This document shows, piece after piece, positions 9,536-19,559 of a stretch of 64,000 nt of DNA (the first letter of the stretch is position 1; the number at the start of each line of letters is the position of its first letter). The notes beneath the pieces are model-generated. The model did no database searches and was not told where the DNA came from. It worked only from the letters and a program-made list of their open reading frames with translations. The position numbers were made by a program, and so were the translations under genes. Source of the stretch: Alphaproteobacteria bacterium (GTDB lineage: Bacteria > Pseudomonadota > Alphaproteobacteria > SP197); the NCBI GenBank assembly GCA_964291415.2, contig OZ219919.1, forward strand, positions 3,721 through 67,720, written 5' to 3'.

Positions 9536-9889
9536 CGGGCGCGTCCGGCACCATGATTGAAGGCGAGTCCATGTCGATGCGATCCGTGGCGGCGACCGGC
9601 CACCGGATCGGGCAGCGTATCGCCCGCATGCCGGCGACGGTCGACGACATCGTCGCCGCCACCTGCTGCATGTGCGCCTGACGCTGCGGCATACGCGTTC
9701 AACTCAAGGACGAGCAGCCGGTCTGCATCGACGGCAACAACAATCGTGCGCCAAAGGGGGCGGCGGGAAGAGAACAGGTTCGCGGCAAACTCCCGGGATG
9801 AGGCACGTGATCCTGCGGTCCGGCGGCTGGCGCCCAGCCGTGACCGCGATCCCCCAGCAAGTTCCCCGAATGACGGTGGGGGCGCGTAC

Positions 9890-11107
9890 TCACGCCTCCG
9901 CGAAAGCGCCCTCGCGGCGAATGGCGTGTGCAACCTGGCGGTGGAAATGGACAGTCCCACGGTCCCAGTGGGGCGCCAGGCGACCGCCGTCATAGGCCGT
10001 GCACGCGCGCCCCTCCTGGAGGCGCAGGCAGATGTCCTTGTCCTCGTCGTTGAGTTCCACCCATTCCCGGAAGAGAGCATCCCGCGCTTCGGCGTGCTCG
10101 GCCGCGCAGGCGGCATTGCCGACGTAGTAGAACCACATGCGCATGATGGTTCGGTCTGCCGCCTGCGGTTCGAAGAGAACGGCCTGGAGACTGCCCGGAT
10201 AGACATTGACCGCGAAGTTCGGGAACAGCACGGCATAGCGTGTGCTCAATTCCAGGTCCGCATCGATCCCTTCCTGTGACGGCAGGCCTGGCCCCGAATC
10301 GTCGACCGCGATGCCCCGGCCGCTGGAGGTGAAGGCATAGCCGTTCGTCAGGTGGCAACCGCTTTCGCGCATGGACTGCCGCGTTTGCGGACTCATCATG
10401 CGGTCCAGTGCCGGGTGGACGGCGAACACGTGGTAGAAGTCGCAATAGTTCTCCACCGCGAGTTTCCAGTTGCAGGCGAACTCCACGGCCATGGTCTGGT
10501 CCGAGCGGCGGAACTGCGCGATGTCATAGCCGGCGAAGTGCTCCTCCACCGGGGCCATGAAGCTGGAGAATTCGGGGGCCTTGCCGTCGATGTTGACGAA
10601 CACCCAGTCATGCCACTGCCGGCACGGGATGGCGAAGAGACGGACATCCTCACCCGACATGTCGCAGGCCGTCTGGTGGCGGCCGTGGCCATGGTAGTGG
10701 GGGCGCCCCTTGAGGACGCCGTCGAGACCATAGGACCAGGCGTGGTAGGGACAGGTGAGCACGCTCCTGGAGCACCGGGATTCCGTCACCAGCCTGGCGC
10801 CGCGGTGCGGGCAGACATTGTGGAAGGCCCGCACCTCGTGGTCGTGTCCGCGCACCAGGATCAGCGGATGGCCGGCGATCTCCACCGACAGGATGTCGCC
10901 CGGATCGGCGAGGGTGCTCGCCGGCGCCGCGAAGGACCAGGTTCTCGAAAACAGGCGGGCCTTCTCGAGTTCGTGAAACCCGCCGTCGGTGAAGGCGGCA
11001 TTGGGAAGTCCCCTCGCCTGCGACGTGTCCCGCCCGAGCTGTTCCAGCACCTCGTCCGAGACCGATTGCCACACATCGCCCACTTCCGGAAACGCGATGA
11101 CGTTCAT
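9890..11107 (-). CDS. Rieske [2Fe-2S] aromatic-ring-hydroxylating oxygenase alpha subunit, choline/glycine-betaine monooxygenase-like
   Basis: ORF trimmed to ATG 11107 with GGAGGAG upstream. Rieske motif CPHRGARL...CPYHAWSY. Catalytic domain with NYCDFYHVFAVHP. No reductase gene is adjacent. Confidence 0.85.
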   Translation of the reverse strand: MNVIAFPEVGDVWQSVSDEVLEQLGRDTSQARGLPNAAFTDGGFHELEKARLFSRTWSFAAPASTLADPGDILSVEIAGHPLILVRGHDHEVRAFHNVCPHRGARLVTESRCSRSVLTCPYHAWSYGLDGVLKGRPHYHGHGRHQTACDMSGEDVRLFAIPCRQWHDWVFVNIDGKAPEFSSFMAPVEEHFAGYDIAQFRRSDQTMAVEFACNWKLAVENYCDFYHVFAVHPALDRMMSPQTRQSMRESGCHLTNGYAFTSSGRGIAVDDSGPGLPSQEGIDADLELSTRYAVLFPNFAVNVYPGSLQAVLFEPQAADRTIMRMWFYYVGNAACAAEHAEARDALFREWVELNDEDKDICLRLQEGRACTAYDGGRLAPHWDRGTVHFHRQVAHAIRREGAFAEA

Positions 11108-11392
11108 GACCTTCACTCCTCCGCCAAGCACATCGTAGCGTCGGTCGCATCGAGTTGAAAAGCCCGCGGCGAGCCCGGCACGAATGGAACCACCGCTTCC
11201 CTTCCCGGCGCCACCCCGACTCGGGCGCGCCCGTGCCGCCTGTCATCCACCCGGGGATGTGCCTATACTGCCTGATTGCCATTGTGAGAACCGTCCGATC
11301 GTGGGACGGTCAGAACATCGTTTGAAGGAGAATCGGGCGCCGGTCCATTCCGGGTTCTGTCCGTGAACAAACCGACAATGAGGGAGAATTTC

Positions 11393-12490
11393 ATGAAACC
11401 GCAAGAGTTCACCAGGGCGTTGCGCGACGGTGCCCTGACCCGCCGTGAGGCCGCTGGAGTCCTTGCTTCCGCAGGTCTCGTGACCGTTCCACTGGTTTCC
11501 GGCAAGGCCCGGGCCGAAGTCGACCTCAGCCTCCTGGAGTGGAATGGCTACGAGTACGAATCCTTCCACCCCGAGTACAATGCGAAGTACGGCGGACAGC
11601 CGGAAGTGACGTTCTTCTCCGAGACCGAGGACGCCTTCCAGAAGATGCGCGCCGGTTTCAGGGTGGACCTGGTCCATCCCTGCACTGCCTCGGTGAAGAA
11701 GTTCCGCGACGCAGGTCTCATCAAGGCCCTCGAGACGGACCGTATCCCGAGGTGGGGCGAGATCATTCCCGACCTTCTCGAGGTCAAGGGCGTGCGCATT
11801 GACGGCGAGTACTTCTTCTGCCCATGGGACTGGGGCTTCTCCACCGTCGCCTACAATCCCGAGGTCATCGATGTTGACAATCCGACCTTCGATCTGTTCG
11901 TCGACCCGCGCTTCGCGGGCAAGACATCCCTGACATCACAGATGGGTGTCAACATCCTGGTGGCGGGTGTCATTGGCGGCTGGGCCAACCCCCTCGATCC
12001 CACCGAGGAAGAGATGGCGATGGCGCCGGAGATCTTCCGCAAGATGCTGGACAACGCCCGTTTCGTGTGGACCGACAGCACCCAGCTCGAACAGGCCTGG
12101 GTCGCCGGCGACGTCGGCATTTCCTACATCTACGGCAGCGCCTCGCGGCGTATGAAGGAAGAGGGCATCCCGGTCGTCATTGTTGATCCGGTCATGCCCT
12201 GGATGTGCGGACTGTGCCTGAGCAGCGACGGCGAGGGATCCGAAGATCAGGCCTACGACTACATCAACGCCATGCTGGATCCGGTTGGAGGCCTCTCACT
12301 GTTCGAGACCTACGGCTACGGTCACGCCAACATCAACACGTTCGATCTGATCGACCCGGACGTCCTGCGCGACAGGGGCCTCGACGACCCCGTCGCCCTG
12401 CTCTCCAAGGGCGTCTTCTTCGATGAGGTTCCTCCGGAGAAGGACGCACGTCTCATCGAGATGTGGCACGAGGCCCAGGCCGGAATGTAG
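11393..12490 (+). CDS. ABC transporter periplasmic substrate-binding protein, PotD/PotF (polyamine-type) family
   Basis: GAGGGAG 7 nt upstream of ATG 11393. Tat-like signal LTRREAAGVLASAGLVTVPLVSGKARA. Sits in the context of the PotBC/PotA-like genes downstream. Confidence 0.75.
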   Translation: MKPQEFTRALRDGALTRREAAGVLASAGLVTVPLVSGKARAEVDLSLLEWNGYEYESFHPEYNAKYGGQPEVTFFSETEDAFQKMRAGFRVDLVHPCTASVKKFRDAGLIKALETDRIPRWGEIIPDLLEVKGVRIDGEYFFCPWDWGFSTVAYNPEVIDVDNPTFDLFVDPRFAGKTSLTSQMGVNILVAGVIGGWANPLDPTEEEMAMAPEIFRKMLDNARFVWTDSTQLEQAWVAGDVGISYIYGSASRRMKEEGIPVVIVDPVMPWMCGLCLSSDGEGSEDQAYDYINAMLDPVGGLSLFETYGYGHANINTFDLIDPDVLRDRGLDDPVALLSKGVFFDEVPPEKDARLIEMWHEAQAGM

Positions 12491-12502
12491 CGATCACCTG
12501 AC

Positions 12503-12540
12503 ATGCACCCCGTGCCGGTGGATTCCGGCACGGGGTGCAT
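12503..12540 (+). terminator. Strong hairpin directly after the binding-protein gene (intrinsic terminator or attenuator)
   Basis: Perfect 16-bp stem ATGCACCCCGTGCCGG / CCGGCACGGGGTGCAT with loop TGGATT, followed by CTTTGATT. It begins 13 nt after the TAG stop at 12488-12490. Confidence 0.7.
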
Positions 12541-12721
12541 CTTTGATTCATCCGTTCGTCGACAAAGTCCGGCAGGGAGTGAGGCCGTCATGACCGAATT
12601 CAGGATGGAAGCCTCCATGCACAACATGGCGCGCTATGTCGCGGTGACACGACGTGATGTGTCCACCGGCCTTCGCCACGTTCCCTTTCAGCCGGCTTGG
12701 GAACAACGCGCCGGGACGTGA

Positions 12722-14005
12722 ATGATGGCGCCTGATCGGGACCACGCCCCGGGCTGGTATGCCATCCTGCCACCGCCACCGCCCGCGAGGCGGCTGACGG
12801 GCGATCAGGTTGCCGACTGGGTCGTTGTCGGCGCCGGCGTCACGGGACTTGCTGCCGCCCGCCGCCTCGGCGAACTGCTTCCCGACAAGCGGATCGTTCT
12901 GATCGAAGAGTTCCGTATCGGCTATGGTTCATCCGGCCGCAACGCCGGCTTCATCATCGACACGCCGCACCTCACGGAACAGTTCGACGGCGACACCAAC
13001 CGGCGGATATCCCGCCTGGTGCTCGCCGGACTGGCGGAGCTCGAGGCCCGGGTCGATGAGCACGACATCGCATGCGAGTGGACCCCTCACGGTCACCTGA
13101 CCGCGGTCGTCGACAAGTCAAGAATCGGTGGGCTTCATGCCACCGTTCGCATGCTGGAAGACCTGGGGGAGACATGGGAGTGGCTGGAGGGTGACGCTCT
13201 CGCCGACATCATCGGCACCCACCATTACCACGCGGCCGTCTTTACGCCGCGAACCGTCACGGTCAATCCGGCGGCCATGTGCCGTGGTCTTGGCCAGTCC
13301 CTGCCGGAGAATGTCGATGTCTTCGAGGACACGTGCGTGCGGGACATCTCCGCCGGCAATCCCCGCTCGGTGATCTGTGACGATGGTCGTGTCAGCGCCC
13401 CCGGCGTCCTCCTGACAACGAACGCATTCATCACCCGGCTCGGCCTTCTGAAGAACCACGTGTTTCCGATGATCGCCTGTGCCAGCCTGTCACGCCCCCT
13501 CAACGAGGACGAAGACGCTGCCCTGGGCGGCCACCGGGACTGGGGGATTACGGGGACAGCAACCATGCGGCGCACCCCTTCCAACCGCATCCTGGCGCGC
13601 TTCGGTACTTTCTGTGCCGGAGATTTCCGGCTTGGCCGGCAGCGGCAGAAACATCTCCTGGAATCGCACCGCAAGGGTGTCGCCGATCGCTTCCCCATGC
13701 TGCGACATCTCGACTTCGAGCATACCTGGGCCGGTGTCTTCTGCATGACGAGAGATTGGTCGACGCACTTCGGACGCCTTGAACCCGGCCTCTTTGTCTC
13801 GCTGGGCTACTGCGGCGTGGGACTGGCGCGGGGCACGATTTCCGGCAAGCTCGTGGCCGAACACGCCCTCGGCGGCGAATCGTCCCTGATTGATGACGCG
13901 GTGACGCTCAGCGGTCCCGCCAGGCTGCCCGCCCAGCCATTCCTCGCCCTGGGCGCCCACGCCCGTCTCGCCGCATACCGCTGGCAAAGCCGGCACGAGT
14001 GGTAG
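12722..14005 (+). CDS. FAD-dependent oxidoreductase, DAO family (gamma-glutamylputrescine oxidase-like)
   Basis: 427-aa ORF. Dinucleotide fold WVVVGAGVTGLAAARRL. Embedded in the polyamine-type transporter operon. Confidence 0.75.
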   Translation: MMAPDRDHAPGWYAILPPPPPARRLTGDQVADWVVVGAGVTGLAAARRLGELLPDKRIVLIEEFRIGYGSSGRNAGFIIDTPHLTEQFDGDTNRRISRLVLAGLAELEARVDEHDIACEWTPHGHLTAVVDKSRIGGLHATVRMLEDLGETWEWLEGDALADIIGTHHYHAAVFTPRTVTVNPAAMCRGLGQSLPENVDVFEDTCVRDISAGNPRSVICDDGRVSAPGVLLTTNAFITRLGLLKNHVFPMIACASLSRPLNEDEDAALGGHRDWGITGTATMRRTPSNRILARFGTFCAGDFRLGRQRQKHLLESHRKGVADRFPMLRHLDFEHTWAGVFCMTRDWSTHFGRLEPGLFVSLGYCGVGLARGTISGKLVAEHALGGESSLIDDAVTLSGPARLPAQPFLALGAHARLAAYRWQSRHEW

Positions 14006-14024
14006 GACGGACGTTCGGCAAATC

Positions 14025-15782
14025 ATGACAGTACACGTCCCCGCCAGTGACTGGATTGCCTGGACAAGGGCCTGTTTCCTGCGTTTCGAGTGGCTGCGCG
14101 GCTACACGCTCCTGTCGCCGGCGATCGTCACCATGATCTGCCTTCTGGCGCTGCCGATATTCACGCTCGTGACCTACAGTTTCTGGTCACAGACCTACGT
14201 GCACATCGACCAGACCTTCACGCTCAAGAACTACGAAACGTTCTTCGACAAGTGGATCTACGGAAAGCTGCTCCTGCGATCGATCAGGATGTCCGCCACC
14301 GTGACGCTCATCACGATCGTGCTCGCCTATCCCGTGGCCTACTTTCTCGCCTTCAGGGTGACCCGGAACAAGATGACCTGGCTGATCCTGATCAACATTC
14401 CGTTTGTCACAAGCTACCTGCTGCGCGTTCTCGCCTGGAAGATCATGCTGGGCAACAATGGCGTGATCAACGGCACCCTGGAGGGACTGGGCTTCATCGA
14501 GGAGCCCCTGGAGTATTTGCTCTACAGCCGCTTTGCCGTGGTGCTCACGCTGGCCCATGCGTGGGCGGCATTCGCCATCCTGCCCATTTACGTCTCGCTG
14601 CAGAAGATCGACCGGTCGCTCCTTGAGGCGGCTGCCGATCTGGGTGACGGACCGGTCAAGCGCTTCCTGCGTATCACTCTTCCGCTTTCCATGCCCGGAG
14701 TGATTGCCGCGGCTGTTATCGAGTTCATCCCCACGGTCGGAGATTACATCACGCCCATCATGGTGGGCGGGCCCAAGGGTGTCATGATCGGCCAGATTGT
14801 CGCCGCCCAGTTCGGTGCCGCCAACAATTGGCCCCTGGGAGCGGCGCTGACGATCATCATGATGATCTCGATCACTGCCATCGTCTGCACCTTCATCTGG
14901 TTCGCCCGTCTGGGTACGGTCAGGGCGCGGGACATGGAAATCACAACGACGGCATCCCGGCCTGTCGATCGCACCAGACGCGGAATTGACTGGCTGCTCA
15001 TCTACGTCATCCTCTACCTGGCGTTTCTCTACATCCCCTCCGTGATGCTGCCGGTCTTTTCCTTCAATGACAGCATCCAGATGGTGCTGCCGCTCAAGGA
15101 CTTCACTCTCAAGTGGTATGCCGCGCTGGCCGATCATGCCGGCTTGCAGAGCGCCCTCTTCAACAGCCTGAAGGTGGCCCTGCCCGTCGCCACCACGACG
15201 ACCATCCTGGCGATCTTTGCCGGCAAGGCGCTGACCCGTTACCGGATGCCCGGCAGGGGGTTGGCCATCGGCTTTATCCTCGTTCCAATGGTGATGCCCG
15301 GCATCATCCTGGCAGTCGGTCTCCTCGTTCTTGCCCTTGCCGTGGGCATGCCTCTGTCGTTGTGGGCAGTCGGGGTCGCCCATGTCGTGACCACGCTCCC
15401 CTTTGCCACCCTGGTCGTGATGGCACGCCTCGAGGGCTTCTCCAGGAACATCGAGGAAGCTTCACGAGATCTGGGTGTAGGCGGGTTCATGACCTTCTGG
15501 CGTGTCACGTTCCCGCTTATCCTGCCGGCCGTCGTTGCCTCGTTCCTGCTCACATTCACCGCGTCTTTCGACGAGTTTCTCTTCGCCTTCTTCCTGGGAG
15601 GCAACCAGGTCACCCTACCCGTCTTCATATGGACGCAGGTGCGTTTCCCGCAAACGCTGCCAAGCGTTCTGGCCCTGGGCGCTCTCATCTTCATGGTGTC
15701 CATCGTTCTCATCGTCACCGCCGAGATTTTCAGGCGTTCGGGAGACAGGCACATCGTGACGCCGGCGGACGGGTACCGATGA
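14025..15782 (+). CDS. Fused ABC transporter permease (PotB-like plus PotC-like halves in one polypeptide)
   Basis: 585-aa ORF. Two EAA loops (LLEAAADLGDGPVKRFLRITLPL and IEEASRDLGVGGFMTFWRVTFPL), each within a block of about 6 hydrophobic segments. Linker RLGTVRARDMEITTTASRPVDRTRR. Confidence 0.85.
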   Translation: MTVHVPASDWIAWTRACFLRFEWLRGYTLLSPAIVTMICLLALPIFTLVTYSFWSQTYVHIDQTFTLKNYETFFDKWIYGKLLLRSIRMSATVTLITIVLAYPVAYFLAFRVTRNKMTWLILINIPFVTSYLLRVLAWKIMLGNNGVINGTLEGLGFIEEPLEYLLYSRFAVVLTLAHAWAAFAILPIYVSLQKIDRSLLEAAADLGDGPVKRFLRITLPLSMPGVIAAAVIEFIPTVGDYITPIMVGGPKGVMIGQIVAAQFGAANNWPLGAALTIIMMISITAIVCTFIWFARLGTVRARDMEITTTASRPVDRTRRGIDWLLIYVILYLAFLYIPSVMLPVFSFNDSIQMVLPLKDFTLKWYAALADHAGLQSALFNSLKVALPVATTTTILAIFAGKALTRYRMPGRGLAIGFILVPMVMPGIILAVGLLVLALAVGMPLSLWAVGVAHVVTTLPFATLVVMARLEGFSRNIEEASRDLGVGGFMTFWRVTFPLILPAVVASFLLTFTASFDEFLFAFFLGGNQVTLPVFIWTQVRFPQTLPSVLALGALIFMVSIVLIVTAEIFRRSGDRHIVTPADGYR

Positions 15783-15828
15783 TGACGGGACCCTGCCACC
15801 ATGACGAGCACCCCGGGAGCCTTGCCTG

Positions 15829-16920
15829 ATGGACGATACCTCCTTCATATCCATACAGAATGTCTCCAAGAGTTTCGGTCGCGTCCTGGCCGTGGACCAG
15901 GTCAGCATTGACATCCGCAGGGGCGAATTCTTTTCCCTGCTCGGTCCGTCGGGGTGCGGGAAGAGTACGCTGCTGCGCATCCTTGCAGGCTTCGAGTTCC
16001 CGACATCCGGAGAAGTCCATATCGACGGACAGGCCATGGCAGCGGTTGCGCCCAACCATCGACCCGTCAACATCGTGTTCCAGAACTACGCCATCTTCCC
16101 TCACCTGACAGTGAAGAAGAACATCGCCTACGGCCTTCTCGAGGCGCGACTGCCCCGAGCCCGCGTCAATGAACGCGTCGAGGAGATGCTGGATCTCATC
16201 AAGCTTCCCGGATACCAGGAGCGCGCCTCGCACGAATTGTCAGGCGGCGAAAGACAGCGTGTAGCCCTGGCCCGAGCGCTGATCCGCCAGCCCAAGGTTC
16301 TCCTCCTCGATGAACCGCTCGGGGCGCTCGACAAGAAGTTGCGGGAAAACATGCAGTTGGAACTCAGGGATCTCCAGCGTTCGGTCGGTATCACCTTCGT
16401 GTTCGTAACCCACGACCAGGAGGAAGCGCTCACCATGTCGGATCGCGTCGCCGTCATGTCGAATGGACGCCACCTGCAGATCGACTCCCCGGCCAGGCTC
16501 TATGAGGTGCCGCGCAACCGTGAGGTCGCAGAGTTCATCGGCACCATGAATTTTTTCGATGCCCGGGTACTCGAGGTCAGGAGCGACACGCTGGAAGTCG
16601 ATGCCGGAGCTGCCGGCATCATCGAGGCTCGCAGGCGGGATCCTCACCCCAGGTCCGGCGCGCGTTGCACCGTGGCCGTACGTCCGGAGAAGATCTCGCT
16701 TCACATGACCAGACCTGACAGCGGCAATACCCTCAGAGGCGTCATCAACTCAACGGCCTACCTCGGCGACCGCAGTCATCACTTCGTGAAGGTTGATGGA
16801 ATCGAGGCGCCACTCATTGTGTCTGTGCCCAACCTGGACAGTGACGTCGTCGAGGGTGGCCTGCGCGATGGAGAGGTGTGGCTGAACTGGTCAAGGCGTT
16901 CGGTCGTTCTCCTCTCCTGA
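15829..16920 (+). CDS. ABC transporter ATP-binding protein (PotA-like)
   Basis: Walker A GPSGCGKST, signature LSGGERQRVALARAL, Walker B LLLDEP, and a C-terminal TOBE-like extension. Confidence 0.9.
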   Translation: MDDTSFISIQNVSKSFGRVLAVDQVSIDIRRGEFFSLLGPSGCGKSTLLRILAGFEFPTSGEVHIDGQAMAAVAPNHRPVNIVFQNYAIFPHLTVKKNIAYGLLEARLPRARVNERVEEMLDLIKLPGYQERASHELSGGERQRVALARALIRQPKVLLLDEPLGALDKKLRENMQLELRDLQRSVGITFVFVTHDQEEALTMSDRVAVMSNGRHLQIDSPARLYEVPRNREVAEFIGTMNFFDARVLEVRSDTLEVDAGAAGIIEARRRDPHPRSGARCTVAVRPEKISLHMTRPDSGNTLRGVINSTAYLGDRSHHFVKVDGIEAPLIVSVPNLDSDVVEGGLRDGEVWLNWSRRSVVLLS

Positions 16921-17003
16921 AGAAGTGGATTTCGAACCAAGGACCTCAAGGCCCCGGATCGGGGACTCTGGAATGGACGAGGCAATGCCGGCGCAAAGGT
17001 GAC

Positions 17004-17864
17004 ATGGGAACCATCGACTACCTGCCCCCTCTGCGGCACGACAGCCAGGAGACGGACGACTACACGTCCCTCACCGTGACCCCGATCAGTGGTGCGCTCG
17101 GCGCGGAGGTCCACGGCATCGACCTTGGCTCCGGAATCGATCGACAACAGTTCGCCGACCTGCGCCGCGCGCTTCTCAATCACATGGTTCTCGTTCTGCG
17201 CGACCAGGATCTCGACGCCGGGGGTCTGGTTGCGCTGGGGCGACGGTTTGGTGGTCTCCACATCAATCCCTTCGTCGCCGGCGTGGCTGGCCATCCGGAA
17301 GTCATGGAGGTGCGTTCCGAGGAAAACGTTACCGCACGCTTTGCCGGTCGCTGGCACAGCGACATCACCTGGGCCGAGCGCCCTTCCCTCGCCTCCCTTC
17401 TCCACGCCCGCATCGTGCCGCCCTTCGGCGGCGACACGCTGTTTGCCAACATGGTTCTCGCCTGGGATGCGCTGTCGCCCGTCATGCGCCGCGTGCTCGA
17501 CGGTCTGAAGGCCGAACACACGGCCTTCCAGGGGCATGGCAGGGACGCCAGCCTCGCCCATGCGCCCGAAACAGTGAGCCACCCCGTGGCGCGCACCCAT
17601 CCCGAGTCGGGAAGGAAGGCGCTCTTCGTCAACGAGTACTTCACCCGCGCCATCGAGGGAATGACGTCGGACGAGAGCCGCGCAGTCCTCGATTTCCTGT
17701 TCCGCCACCTCGTTCGTCCCGACTTCACCTGCCGGGTACGCTGGCAGCCGAACACCCTGGTCATCTGGGACAACCGCTGCACACAGCACTATGCGACCAA
17801 CGACTACCCTGGCACCAGGCGCCTGATGTGGCGCGTCACGGTCGAAGGCGACCGGCCCGTGTAG
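17004..17864 (+). CDS. TauD/TfdA family Fe(II)/2-oxoglutarate dioxygenase
   Basis: ORF 16878..17864 trimmed to ATG 17004 (MGTIDYLPPLRHD...TVTPISGALGAEVHGIDL). HxD in RWHSDITW, and a distal WDNRCTQH. Confidence 0.8.
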   Translation: MGTIDYLPPLRHDSQETDDYTSLTVTPISGALGAEVHGIDLGSGIDRQQFADLRRALLNHMVLVLRDQDLDAGGLVALGRRFGGLHINPFVAGVAGHPEVMEVRSEENVTARFAGRWHSDITWAERPSLASLLHARIVPPFGGDTLFANMVLAWDALSPVMRRVLDGLKAEHTAFQGHGRDASLAHAPETVSHPVARTHPESGRKALFVNEYFTRAIEGMTSDESRAVLDFLFRHLVRPDFTCRVRWQPNTLVIWDNRCTQHYATNDYPGTRRLMWRVTVEGDRPV

Positions 17865-17892
17865 CCCCAGGCGTGGAGCAGGAATTGCCGCC

Positions 17893-17936
17893 GAATGTCC
17901 GAACGACCAATCCGGGTTGATCGCGTGCGGACATTC
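17893..17936. promoter_or_regulatory. 9-bp inverted repeat between the TauD gene and the family-5 binding-protein gene
   Basis: GAATGTCCG (17893-17901) and CGGACATTC (17928-17936), separated by 26 nt. It lies 40 nt upstream of ATG 17976. Confidence 0.3.
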
Positions 17937-17975
17937 CACATTGTGAGACTGGAAACACCAACCTCAGGAGGACAC

Positions 17976-19553
17976 ATGAGTGATCAACGCAAGCCGCCCG
18001 TGACAAGCGGGCTCGACAGGCGCTGTTTCATGAACGCCGCCATGGCATCGGGCATGACCATTGCCGCGGCATCGGCGCTGTGGGCACGAACGGCCCATGC
18101 CGCGCCCTCGCATGGCGGACACGTGACCATCGGCCTGGATGGCGGCGCGTCCATCGACACCCTTGATCCGATCAAGGCGATCGGCACCGATCATGTGACC
18201 ATGGCGGCCCTGTGCTGCTTCGACACCCTGACGGAACTCCAGGCCGACGGGACCCCGGTGGGCAGTCTCGCCGAGAGCTGGGAGACCTCGACGGACGGCC
18301 GGACATGGACCTTCCACCTGCGCGAAGCGGAGTTTCACAACGGCAAGACGGTGACAGCCGACGATGTCGTCTGGTCGCTCAATCGTCAGGTGAGCGACGA
18401 CAACACCTACGCGGAAGGCAAGCAGATCATCGGTGCCCTGGAGGACGTGAAGTCCGACGGCCCCGACACCGTCGTCATGGTGCAAAAGGAGGTCAACTTC
18501 GATCTGCCCGCTCATCTGTCGGCCTTCGGCATGCTGATCGGACCGGAAGGAACGACTGACTGGGAACAGGGTGTCGGTTCCGGGCCATACGTTCTCGAGG
18601 AGTTCGTCCCCGGCGTGCGCTTTGCCGGCAGCAAGTACGCGAACTTCTACCGGGACGACCAGGGCTTCTTTGATTCGGTGGAACTTCTCAACATCGAGGA
18701 TCCCTCGTCCCGGGCCAGCGCACTGCTGAGCGGGTCGGCCGATGTCATATCGCAGCCCGATGGACGCACCGCCGGCCTCCTGGGGAGCACCGATGGCGTG
18801 AGTTTGCTGGAGGTTCCCGGAACGCAGCACTACACCACCGCCATGCGCACCGATGTCGATCCCTTCACCGACAATCACATCCGCCTTGCGGTCAAGTACG
18901 GCATCAGACGCCAGGAAATCGTCGACAAGGTGTTCGGCGGGTTCGGCTATGTCGGCAACGACCATCCGATCGGCCGCAACCAGCAGTTCTTCAACACGGA
19001 CCTGCCGCAGCGTGAATACGATCCGGACAAGGCCTCATGGCACCTGAAGCAGGCCGGCCTGGATTCGATAGCCCTCGAGTTGAAGGCCAGTGACGGCGCC
19101 TTCGGCGGCTCGGTCGACATGGGTGTGCTCATGGCCGAATCGATGGCGCCTGCGGGAATCGACGTCACCGTCGACCGGGTGCCGGGTGACGGATACTGGT
19201 CGGAAGTCTGGCTGGTGGCGCCCTGGTGCTGCGTCTACTGGAACGGCCGCCCGACCGTCGACTGGATGCTGACGTCGTCCTACATCTCGACGTCGTCCTG
19301 GAACGACACCTATTTCAGGAGCGAACGTTTCGATTCCCTGCTCACCGCCGCCAGGAGTGAACCCGACCAGGCCCTGCGCCGGGACATGTACTTCGAACTC
19401 CAGGAGATTCTCAACATGGAGGGCGGCACCACCGTCGTCGCCTTTGCCAGTTCTCTCATCGGCGCCTCGGACGCCCTGGGCCGCGGCGAAGTCAGCGGCA
19501 GCCGGCGCATGGATGACGCCAGGCTGGCGCGGCGCTGGTGGTTCGCGACCTGA
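17976..19553 (+). CDS. ABC transporter substrate-binding protein, family 5 (peptide/nickel/opine type), with no cognate permease nearby
   Basis: ORF trimmed to ATG 17976 with AGGAGG upstream. Tat-type signal LDRRCFMNAAMASGMTIAAASALWARTAHA. Length and WTFHLR...FHNG strings are typical of SBP_bac_5. Confidence 0.8.
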   Translation: MSDQRKPPVTSGLDRRCFMNAAMASGMTIAAASALWARTAHAAPSHGGHVTIGLDGGASIDTLDPIKAIGTDHVTMAALCCFDTLTELQADGTPVGSLAESWETSTDGRTWTFHLREAEFHNGKTVTADDVVWSLNRQVSDDNTYAEGKQIIGALEDVKSDGPDTVVMVQKEVNFDLPAHLSAFGMLIGPEGTTDWEQGVGSGPYVLEEFVPGVRFAGSKYANFYRDDQGFFDSVELLNIEDPSSRASALLSGSADVISQPDGRTAGLLGSTDGVSLLEVPGTQHYTTAMRTDVDPFTDNHIRLAVKYGIRRQEIVDKVFGGFGYVGNDHPIGRNQQFFNTDLPQREYDPDKASWHLKQAGLDSIALELKASDGAFGGSVDMGVLMAESMAPAGIDVTVDRVPGDGYWSEVWLVAPWCCVYWNGRPTVDWMLTSSYISTSSWNDTYFRSERFDSLLTAARSEPDQALRRDMYFELQEILNMEGGTTVVAFASSLIGASDALGRGEVSGSRRMDDARLARRWWFAT

Positions 19554-19559
19554 GCGGCA

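Noticed and set aside
12503-12721. 72-aa ORF starting MHPVPVDSGTGCIF
   Set aside because: Its first 13 codons are simply the two arms of the terminator hairpin. Only the distal 43 codons are retained, as a low-confidence uORF idea.
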